Program-made: the position numbers and the translations under genes
The notes under the pieces: generated by a model
The model's input: the letters and a program-made list of their open reading frames with translations, nothing else
Database searches by the model: none
What the model was told of the DNA's origin: nothing
In this document: one piece after another, positions 42,049-49,986 of the stretch
Layout: each line of letters starts with the position of its first letter
Position numbering within the stretch: the first letter of the stretch is position 1
Assembly (NCBI GenBank): GCA_963847625.1
Contig: CAWKAR010000026.1
Coordinates: forward strand, 1-64,000
From: a candidate division FCPU426 bacterium
GTDB taxonomy: Bacteria > Oederibacteriota > Muellerivitia > Muellerivitales > Muellerivitaceae
DNA length: 64,000 nucleotides
Reading direction: 5' to 3'

Positions 42049-42825
42049 TTATTTCACCAGCCGTTTAAACATGGACCGCCGGGCCACGATGACCATGACC
42101 ACCAGCCAAACCAAAAGAATCGGCACAGCCTGGGCTTGGAGCGGTAAATCCAATGCGAGGGACCGGACGATGGCGTTGACCGAGGTGAGAGGAAAGAACC
42201 ATGCTATTTTTTGAATGGCACTAGGCAGGCTCTCGATGGGATAAAAAACCCCGCAAAAGAGGAACATCGGGAAGATGAGCAAATATTGGGGATAGGAAAG
42301 CTCGTCGATGGTGCGGGAAAAACCCGCCGCCGCCAGACCCATGGCCGAGAAAAGGAAGGCGCTTAAGAAACAGACCGGTAAAAGCGTCAAAAGGCAAAGG
42401 GGATGGAAATCACCGGTCGCCACCCCGATGAGGCCCACCACCTCGGCCGCCACGGTGGCCTTGCTGGCGTCCCAAAGAAGTTCCCCCCAAAGCACCTCCG
42501 ACAAGGTAATGGGCGTGATGGCGATGGCCTGGAAAATTTTCTGGTAATACATGCGCACGAAAGCTCCGAAAGACCCTTCGAAAAAGCCCTGGAAAAGTAC
42601 GGTCTGGGCGATGATGCCGGAGAAAACGAAACTGCGGTAGGTGAGGTGCACCCCCTGCGTGGTGATGTTCCCGACGATGGCGCCCAGTCCGATGCCGAAG
42701 GAAAGCAGGTAGAAGATGGGCTCCAGGAAAGTGGTCAGCAGGTAATAAACCAGGCTCTTGATGAAAGCCGAATGGTACCTCTTCCAGACGCACCACACGC
42801 CCCAAAAGGTATCCGGAATTTTCAT
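42049..42825 (-). CDS. ABC-2 type permease (NodJ-like)
   Basis: Start MKIPDT overlaps the ATPase stop (ATGA); LEPIFYL, GVFYPIESLP. Confidence 0.88.
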   Translation of the reverse strand: MKIPDTFWGVWCVWKRYHSAFIKSLVYYLLTTFLEPIFYLLSFGIGLGAIVGNITTQGVHLTYRSFVFSGIIAQTVLFQGFFEGSFGAFVRMYYQKIFQAIAITPITLSEVLWGELLWDASKATVAAEVVGLIGVATGDFHPLCLLTLLPVCFLSAFLFSAMGLAAAGFSRTIDELSYPQYLLIFPMFLFCGVFYPIESLPSAIQKIAWFFPLTSVNAIVRSLALDLPLQAQAVPILLVWLVVMVIVARRSMFKRLVK

Positions 42826-43649
42826 AAGCCCTCCACCCCCAAACGGCTTCCGGTGAGCTTGAGGTACACATCCTCCAGGTTGGGCTTGCGCTTCCAAACG
42901 ACACCCGGCCGCACTTCTTCCTCTACTTCCTCGCGGGCGATATGCCTGACCACCAGCTTTTCGGGGGAATCTGTGTCGAGGATCTTGCCCAGATGCAATA
43001 TGGCCACCCGGTCGCAGAGCCTCTCGGCTTCTTCCATATAGTGGGTGCAAAGCAGGATGGCCACGCCCCGGCTTCTGGCCTCCGCCAGCACTTCCCAAAG
43101 CATGCGCCGCACGTCGGGGTCCAGCCCGGTGGTCGGCTCGTCCAACACCAGGACCCGGGGGTCGGAGATCAGGGCCCGGGCCACTTGTAAACGCCGTTTC
43201 ATCCCGCCGGAGAGGGCTTCCACGTTCTCCCGGGCTTTATCACTCAATCCGAACCTCTCCAAAAGATCCTTGGCGCGTTTCTTTCCTTCTGAGGTTGGGA
43301 TGTGGAAATAACTGGCGTGCAACACCAGCTGGTCGAATGTGCTGAAGTCGCTGTCCAGAGTTTCTTCCTGGTTACAAACTCCCAGGACCTTGCGTGCCAA
43401 CTTGGGATGGGTATGGACGTTGTGGCCTTCCACGAAGATTTCCCCGGATGTGGTGGGATAAAAACCGGAAATGCATTGGATGGTGGAGGATTTTCCCGCC
43501 CCGTTGGGTCCCAGGAGGCCGAAGCACTCCCCGGGAGCCACCTCGAAGGAAATGTCGGAAACAGCCGTCACTTCCACGCCCCCCCGGCGGGACTGGTAGC
43601 GCTTGGTCAGGTGGACGACTTGCAGGGGATTATAGGGAGTAGGTCGCAT
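42822..43649 (-). CDS. ABC transporter ATP-binding protein (NodI-like)
   Basis: GPNGAGKS, LSGGMKRR, LDEPTTGLD. Confidence 0.92.
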   Translation of the reverse strand: MRPTPYNPLQVVHLTKRYQSRRGGVEVTAVSDISFEVAPGECFGLLGPNGAGKSSTIQCISGFYPTTSGEIFVEGHNVHTHPKLARKVLGVCNQEETLDSDFSTFDQLVLHASYFHIPTSEGKKRAKDLLERFGLSDKARENVEALSGGMKRRLQVARALISDPRVLVLDEPTTGLDPDVRRMLWEVLAEARSRGVAILLCTHYMEEAERLCDRVAILHLGKILDTDSPEKLVVRHIAREEVEEEVRPGVVWKRKPNLEDVYLKLTGSRLGVEGL

Positions 43650-43783
43650 GTGCCAATTTCTCGATTTTAATATTTAATATAATGTAATTGGTACTATGCC
43701 AACTTCTTAATCAAATCGGCAAACTCCGTTTGCCGCATTCAAAAATGAAAGTTGGTATGTGCCAATTTCCCGATTTTAATATT
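43648..43783. repeat. 27-bp direct repeat (43648-43674 and 43757-43783, one mismatch)
   Basis: atgtgccaatttc[t/c]cgattttaatatt occurs twice. Confidence 0.85.
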
Positions 43784-43973
43784 AGCGATTATCCCCTTTA
43801 GATAAGTAATTAAATAAGGTTAAACCGCCGATCAAATCCGATGGACGCCGATAAGTTTGAAAACGCTTTGAACTATAAGCCGATATCGGCGTCAATCGGC
43901 CGTTATCGGCGGTTAAATGGTTTGACTATCGAATCTAATTTTCTTGTTTACTTATTTCAAAGGGATATTCGCC
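43784..43973 (+). mobile_element. 190-bp MITE, copy 1 (IS1595-like ends, inferred)
   Basis: Imperfect 26-bp TIRs AGCGATTATCCCCTTTAGATAAGTAA / GGCGAATATCCCTTTGAAATAAGTAA; no ORF in the track; exact reverse complement of 44137-44326. Confidence 0.85.
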
Positions 43974-44136
43974 ATATTTAAAGCCTTTTTTTGTGGTCTA
44001 TCCGAGTGCATCCCCTGAATCCGTGGCAAAGGACTTGGTTTTGCTTACCGCCTTACAGATAAAAGAATTCCTGATTTTATTTATCTTTGTTACCTGGATT
44101 TTGTTTAATTTGGACGGCAATGTATGTAAATATTAA

Positions 44137-44326
44137 GGCGAATATCCCTTTGAAATAAGTAAACAAGAAAATTAGATTCGATAGTCAAACCATTTAACCG
44201 CCGATAACGGCCGATTGACGCCGATATCGGCTTATAGTTCAAAGCGTTTTCAAACTTATCGGCGTCCATCGGATTTGATCGGCGGTTTAACCTTATTTAA
44301 TTACTTATCTAAAGGGGATAATCGCT
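44137..44326 (-). mobile_element. 190-bp MITE, copy 2, inverted
   Basis: Perfect reverse complement of 43784-43973. Confidence 0.85.
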
Positions 44327-44596
44327 TTAAATATTTATGTTTATAAATCCCATGAATCCCATGCATCCGTGGCTAGGTTTATTTTGGATAGGTGTGAGTT
44401 GCGAATTTGACTCTTTTTCTTTGATCTTCCATGGAAAATGAGTGCCAGTGGGGGCCGTTTTACCCCCTTTTCGTCGCTATTTCTGATGATTTTTCACCTT
44501 TTATCCCAATACCCTGTAGGATGTGTATTCCTTCCGGGGCCTTTAGTGCCCGGTTGGTGAAGTTAAATTTATAGTGAAAAGAAGAGGTTTCGTAAA

Positions 44597-44797
44597 ATGG
44601 TTCAAGGTACTGTGAAGTGGTTTAAGAACGAGAAGGGGTTTGGTTTTATCTCCCAGGACGGTGGTGAGGACGTATTCGTGCACCACTCGGCCATTCAAGG
44701 CGAGGGATACAAATCGTTGAACGAGGGGGACCGCGTGGAATTTGAGGTCACCCGAGGAGACAAGGGCCTAAAGGCCGAAAACGTCGTTAAGATCTAA
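44597..44797 (+). CDS. Cold-shock protein (CspA family)
   Basis: GTVKWF, KGFGFI (RNP1), DVFVHHSAI (RNP2). Confidence 0.97.
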   Translation: MVQGTVKWFKNEKGFGFISQDGGEDVFVHHSAIQGEGYKSLNEGDRVEFEVTRGDKGLKAENVVKI

Positions 44798-44819
44798 ATT
44801 CTGGTCTTTTCGAAAACCC

Positions 44820-44856
44820 AAAGCCCTGTAGTCTCAACTACAGGGCTTTTTCTTTT
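44820..44856 (+). terminator. Intrinsic terminator after the cold-shock gene
   Basis: AAAGCCCTGTAG-TCTCAA-CTACAGGGCTTTTT. Confidence 0.85.
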
Positions 44857-44913
44857 GGCGAAAGCCTTCCAGGAAGTTCACAATTAATTTTTCAACCGAA
44901 AGGACAAGCCTAA

Positions 44914-45195
44914 ATGTTAATCAATGAAAACGATCTGGGGAAAATAGTCCAACTGCCTGTCAAACCCGAATGGGGCTTGGGCATCATCAGCAAAATCGAG
45001 AACCGTTTCGCGCTGATCCTATTCCGCGATACTGGGGAAAAAACCGCGAAAAAATTCTACCGCGAGGAAAACAACCTGAAATTGGCCCCCAACCAGGAGC
45101 AGCCGGACCTCCACAAAAGGGCCCGGGCGAAGAACAAGAAAATCAAAGTGAAGAAAGCCCTGCCCAAAGCCGAGGCACTCGCCGGAGCCAAATAA
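44914..45195 (+). CDS. Small basic SH3-like protein (DUF3553-like)
   Basis: AAGGA RBS; PVKPEWGLGII motif. Confidence 0.6.
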   Translation: MLINENDLGKIVQLPVKPEWGLGIISKIENRFALILFRDTGEKTAKKFYREENNLKLAPNQEQPDLHKRARAKNKKIKVKKALPKAEALAGAK

Positions 45196-45281
45196 CAACA
45201 ATCCCTGAAAGTTTTAACAGCCACCATGATTCGGCCGGCCCATTCGTCCATGCTGGAAGCCGGCCCGATCGGGTGGTTTTT

Positions 45282-48263
45282 TTATTCCGATGACAGGTCC
45301 GGTACCGAGGGTCTTAAAGACACGGCTTGGGATTTCAGTTTCAAGGCGGCGGGCGAAAGTCCCTTCGAGACGGCCTTAAGCACGATTTGCCCCGCTTTCT
45401 TATCTGACTGCACAATCACCTGCGCCAGCCCCGAGAAAAGGCTCCGCTTCCAGGGCTTGGCCGGGATGACCGTCCTCACCCACCCCGCGTCGGCGTTCAG
45501 GTCTTCCCACTTCTTGCGCCGGAGAAGTTCCTTCCCCACGACCGCGAAAACGTTCTTCTCCTGGCGCAGGATGTCCTTGGAAAGCGGGTAGGCCTTTCCC
45601 CCGTCGTCCCTCATGATCTTGTCCGCGATCAAGTGTCCGTTCACGTAAACGGCCTGTCCGTCCACCAGGCTCTTGGGATACAGGATGATCTTGTCATAAT
45701 CCTCCAAATGGGGCAGGTCGAAACTCCCGCGGATCACCCGGACCGAAGGCGGTTCCTGGGACGGGAACCCCTGGTCGTCGTGCCTTCCCTGGAACAAGTC
45801 CGCCCATTTCGAGTCGTCGCAATCGAAAGCCACCTCGTCCCTTTTTCCCAACCCGCCGCCGTTGAGCATCTTGAGGCCCTGGATCTTTACCTGGGAAACC
45901 GCGTCGAAATACCGGTCCGGCTCGTGGCAGGAAGGGTCCCCATTGCCCACGCCGATGATTTTTCCCGGCCCTTCCAATGAAAAGAAAATCTCATTCCCCG
46001 CCGTCGGGATCATCCTGCCATGTTGATCCTTGGCCTCCACCGTAACCACCGAAATATCCTCACCGTCCGCCTTGATCGCGGTGCGGTCAGGGATGAGGGA
46101 GATCGCGGCGGGATCACCTGTTGTTTCTTCTTTCGCCGTAGCCGCTTCTTGCCCGCCCTTGTACCCCTTGGCCAGCAATTCCCCCGGTTCGTAGGGCACG
46201 GTCCACTCCAAATGGGAATTCACTTCCATGGTCTTTTTGCCCAGGCTCTTGCCATTAAGGAACAGCTCCACTTCCTGGCAGTTGCTGAAGGCCCATACCG
46301 TGATATCCTTCCCTTCCTTGCCCGGCCAGTTCCAATGGGGCGTCAAGAACAGTACCGGCTCGCCGGTCCACCAGGCTTTCAGGTAGTCGTAGCAGTCCTT
46401 GGCGAACCCGCAAGTGTCCAGGACGCCGTACTGGGAGGAAATCGCCGGGAACTCGAAGGGGTTCTCCTCCCCCCTGTAATCGAAACCCGTCCAGAGGAAG
46501 AGGCCCGACACGAAAGGCCGCTCCATGTAGTACTTCCAGGTCTTCTCGATGCCGCCCCCCTTGGCTTTGCGGTCGGTCGGCCCCTCATGGGCGTTGGCCT
46601 TGTCGTAATCGTAGATGCCACGGGTCTGGTGGGTGGTGCTTTCCTCGGTGGCCAAGCTGGGCTGGCGGGGATAACCGGCGTGCTGCTCATCCATGTTCCC
46701 GTGCTCGAGATAGTTGTAACCCATCAGGTCGATGACTTTCGAGATGCCGTTCCCCCATCCCCCACTCACCGCGGCCGTGACGCGCCGGGTCGGGTCCAGC
46801 CTCTTCACGAGGTCCTGCATGGGCGGGATGATCTGCTCCCCCCTCACGTTGCCTTCCACGCTCCACTCCTCGTTGCCGAGCGACCAGGCGAATACGCTGG
46901 GATGGTTGCGGTCCCGCAGGACCAGCCTCTTGAGCCTTTCCATGAGTTCGGGGCTGGTTCCCAACAGGCGGTTCTCCACCAGCACCAGCATGCCCAGCCT
47001 GTCGCAGGCGTCCAAAAGTTCCGGGGTGGGCGGGTTGTGGGAACAGCGGTAGGCGTTACAGCCGAATTCCTTCAGGCGCTTGATCCTAAATTCCTGCAGG
47101 CCGTCGGGCAAGGCGGCTCCCACCCCGGCGTGGTCCTGGTGGTTGCAGGCCCCCTTGAGTTCCACGCGCTTGCCGTTGAGGAAGAAACCCTTGTCGGGGT
47201 CGAATGTCATCGTGCGGATACCGAAGGGAGTCTCGTATCGGTCCACCACCGAATCGCCGGACTTAACGGTCGTGACGACTTTGTATAAATAGGGCGACTC
47301 CAACGACCAGAGATTGGGTTTCGGAATTTTAATTTTCAACGGAAATTCCCGGGCGGAGCCAGGCTCCAACGCGAGCCCATCCAAGCGGCCCGTGGCCACG
47401 CTTTTACCCGATGAATCCAGGACCTCCTGGTCGATCTCGAAATTTGATTTCTCGTTCCCATCATCCACCATGGTGGTCCGGGCGGTTATCTCCGCGCCAT
47501 CCTCCCCCACTTCCGAGGTGACGAATGTGCCGTTGTAATCCACGTGGAGCGGGGCCGTCTTGGTCATCCAGACATGCCGGTAGATCCCGGCGCCCTCGTA
47601 AAACCAGCCTTCCTCCATGGTCGCGTCCACCCGCACCGCCACCACGTTGTTTCCCCCGTAATTGAGGCAGTCGGTGATGTCATAGCGGAAGTTGCTGTAT
47701 CCGCTGGATTCCCGGCCCAGGTAAAAGCCGTTCACGAAGACCGTCGAATCCCGGAAGACCCCGTCGAACTCCAGGCTGATTCGCCGGCCCTTGTCGGAGG
47801 CGGGGATAAAAAAGGTTTTCCGGTACCAACCGACGCTGTTTTCCGGGAAATTCCGCCCCAGGGCCTTGTAACCGTGGCTGAAACCGCCCTTCTCATCGAA
47901 GGGCAATTCCACCGCCCAGTCATGGGGAAGGTTGAGAAGCCTCCAGGGCCGGTCGTCGAATTTCGGGTCGGCGGGGCCATCGCCGTAACCGGTTTTGGCG
48001 AAATACGAAAAATAACCCGTGGCGTGGTCGAAATCCTTCTTCGGGTCGTAGGCGTGCCCCAGCGCGAACCTCCACCCGAAGTCCATCAAAAGATGTTCTC
48101 GAAGTACACCTGCCATGAGCCCACCAGGCGAATGGCTATCTTTGGTTGTGCCAATTGAAGAATCAATTGGCAAAGGATTCTCGGCCCCTTGGATTTTTGC
48201 GTTTCCAAAGCCAAAGCAGGCCGTCGCAAGGAATAAAGTGATGAGCCAGGAGGATTTTTTCAT
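45282..48263 (-). CDS. Secreted GH2 beta-galactosidase
   Basis: LPHDW, FDGVFR, HQDHAG, RCSHNPP, DRNHPSV...GNEE, WTGFDYRGE. Confidence 0.93.
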   Translation of the reverse strand: MKKSSWLITLFLATACFGFGNAKIQGAENPLPIDSSIGTTKDSHSPGGLMAGVLREHLLMDFGWRFALGHAYDPKKDFDHATGYFSYFAKTGYGDGPADPKFDDRPWRLLNLPHDWAVELPFDEKGGFSHGYKALGRNFPENSVGWYRKTFFIPASDKGRRISLEFDGVFRDSTVFVNGFYLGRESSGYSNFRYDITDCLNYGGNNVVAVRVDATMEEGWFYEGAGIYRHVWMTKTAPLHVDYNGTFVTSEVGEDGAEITARTTMVDDGNEKSNFEIDQEVLDSSGKSVATGRLDGLALEPGSAREFPLKIKIPKPNLWSLESPYLYKVVTTVKSGDSVVDRYETPFGIRTMTFDPDKGFFLNGKRVELKGACNHQDHAGVGAALPDGLQEFRIKRLKEFGCNAYRCSHNPPTPELLDACDRLGMLVLVENRLLGTSPELMERLKRLVLRDRNHPSVFAWSLGNEEWSVEGNVRGEQIIPPMQDLVKRLDPTRRVTAAVSGGWGNGISKVIDLMGYNYLEHGNMDEQHAGYPRQPSLATEESTTHQTRGIYDYDKANAHEGPTDRKAKGGGIEKTWKYYMERPFVSGLFLWTGFDYRGEENPFEFPAISSQYGVLDTCGFAKDCYDYLKAWWTGEPVLFLTPHWNWPGKEGKDITVWAFSNCQEVELFLNGKSLGKKTMEVNSHLEWTVPYEPGELLAKGYKGGQEAATAKEETTGDPAAISLIPDRTAIKADGEDISVVTVEAKDQHGRMIPTAGNEIFFSLEGPGKIIGVGNGDPSCHEPDRYFDAVSQVKIQGLKMLNGGGLGKRDEVAFDCDDSKWADLFQGRHDDQGFPSQEPPSVRVIRGSFDLPHLEDYDKIILYPKSLVDGQAVYVNGHLIADKIMRDDGGKAYPLSKDILRQEKNVFAVVGKELLRRKKWEDLNADAGWVRTVIPAKPWKRSLFSGLAQVIVQSDKKAGQIVLKAVSKGLSPAALKLKSQAVSLRPSVPDLSSE

Positions 48264-48284
48264 GAGTTTCCTTTTGATAAAAAA

Positions 48285-49334
48285 TTACGTTATCTTTTTA
48301 ATATTGGCAGAAGGCAATTGGTAACTTGCGGATTTTGTTTTTCCGGCTTTGGCCACCAACCCCGCTTCCACCAGCGGCTTCATCAATTTACTTAAATTGG
48401 ACCGCGAGACCTTAAGCGCCCGGGCCATATCCCCCCCCGTCATGGACGGGGAAGCCCCCAAGGTCCTTAGGATTTGCTCCTGCTGGCGGTTCAGCAATAA
48501 TCGCCTTGCCGGCGTACCAGCCTGAAGAACCTGGATTCTGCGCTGGGTCTTCCGAAGGGTATCCACCACGCCTTCCGCCACGTATTCAAGCCAGGAAGTC
48601 AGGTTATCCCCTTCCTTCCGGACCTTTTGGATCTGCCAGTAATACCTTGGCCGGTCCGTCTCAAAAAATTCATCCAACGCGAAAATATGGTGGGTATCGA
48701 AGCCTTTTCGGTAAAGTACCCAGGATTCCAAAGCGCGCGCCAAACGCCCGTTGCCGTCCATGACAGGATGGATGGATACCAACCGGTGATGGGTGACCGC
48801 CGCCACAACGAGAGCGTGTTCTTTTAGGGCTTGGCGGGATCCGATCCAAGCCAGTAGCCCCTTCGTCAAAATGGGCGCGGCCTCGGGAGGCGGGGGCCGG
48901 TAAATCACTTCCCGTCCCTTGAAAACGGCGTTTTGCGCCCTCTTGTAAACACCCGTATCCGCGGGTGGAATGGTTCCGGCCGTCAATAAGCCGTGCATCT
49001 TGAGGAGGTCCCCCTCGCGTAAAACCGTTCGCGGGCTCTTTTGCCAAATCCACCTCAAGGTCGCGAGGTAGTTCAGGACCTCCCGCTTCGCCTTGGCCTC
49101 AATTTCCAAATCCTTCCCCTCGGCGAGGGCGCGCACCTCCGGAAGGGTCAGGGGGTTCCCCTCGATCCGGGTGGAATAATGGGCCAATCGGGCAAGGGTA
49201 TCCCGCTGGATCTCCGCGATCCAGGAAACGTCCACCGATTGCTGCTGGATCCAAGTCCTTAATTCCGCCGCCAGGGTCAAACGCCGGACGAGATCGGAAG
49301 TTCTCTCGAATTTGGGGTGATAGGCTGGAATCAT
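48285..49334 (-). CDS. Fic-domain protein with N-terminal inhibitory motif and C-terminal HTH
   Basis: HPVMDGNGRLAR Fic motif; YSTRIEGN matches (S/T)xxxE(G/N). Confidence 0.92.
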   Translation of the reverse strand: MIPAYHPKFERTSDLVRRLTLAAELRTWIQQQSVDVSWIAEIQRDTLARLAHYSTRIEGNPLTLPEVRALAEGKDLEIEAKAKREVLNYLATLRWIWQKSPRTVLREGDLLKMHGLLTAGTIPPADTGVYKRAQNAVFKGREVIYRPPPPEAAPILTKGLLAWIGSRQALKEHALVVAAVTHHRLVSIHPVMDGNGRLARALESWVLYRKGFDTHHIFALDEFFETDRPRYYWQIQKVRKEGDNLTSWLEYVAEGVVDTLRKTQRRIQVLQAGTPARRLLLNRQQEQILRTLGASPSMTGGDMARALKVSRSNLSKLMKPLVEAGLVAKAGKTKSASYQLPSANIKKIT

Positions 49335-49465
49335 ATGGACAGCTTATGGGGGGGTATTTTAATTGTCAACTAATTGTTTCCATATTTGTTTCATAGCCTG
49401 TAATTCCGTAGATGATGCGAAGCATTTCATGAGCCGGTTGATTTTTCATAAAGTTCCTAATCTCT

Positions 49466-49915
49466 TTATTCAAAATTATTTTTATATACGGGATTTCCCA
49501 GAGTATCCTTATGGGTGCAATCAATTAAAACCGCACCGGTTTTCGAATCGTAAAGCCAGTGACCCGTGTCTTTCAACTTGCTGACATCTAATTTTCCAGA
49601 AGCATTTAAAAATGGATAGTATTCCACCTGGTTGGAAGGCGGGTGGCCGTATTTTTCCAGGTGCAAGGTAGGTATGCTTTTTAAATATTTCGGCACCAAG
49701 TCTTTTTCTAAATTTCCAGGCCAAATCCCTTGGCTATCCCCATAGTAAATGCTTGCCGCCGATTTGAGCGTCCCTAGATTTCCAATTGCGGAACCTTCCC
49801 TACTTTTCTCCACCATCTGAATAAATCTCGGGGTAATAATTGTCACAATAATAACAATGAGTAATAGGAATAACAGGCTTGAACAAATTGCCCGAATACT
49901 GGGTTTAGGAATCAT
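49466..49915 (-). CDS. PulG/type IV pilin-like protein
   Basis: Hydrophobic N-terminal helix, PRF...KSREG...GNLGTLKSAASIYYGD..G.WP. No clear G|FxxxE prepilin cleavage site. Confidence 0.7.
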   Translation of the reverse strand: MIPKPSIRAICSSLLFLLLIVIIVTIITPRFIQMVEKSREGSAIGNLGTLKSAASIYYGDSQGIWPGNLEKDLVPKYLKSIPTLHLEKYGHPPSNQVEYYPFLNASGKLDVSKLKDTGHWLYDSKTGAVLIDCTHKDTLGNPVYKNNFE

Positions 49916-49986
49916 TTAACGGCTCCCCGGGTTGGGCGATTAAAAATTAGCAGGTTTGCCTAGTTTATTCATATCAGGAAACAAGA

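Noticed and set aside
42826..43098. N-terminal extensions in the ORF track (ABC permease; likewise fabF, fabG, obgE, rsmD)
   Set aside because: Upstream in-frame starts overlap neighbouring genes or terminators. Downstream starts match family N-termini and RBS or stop-start coupling.
43784..44326. Composite transposon or integron att site
   Set aside because: No transposase or integrase, and no ORF in the 163-bp spacer. The outer flanks do not form a shared TSD.
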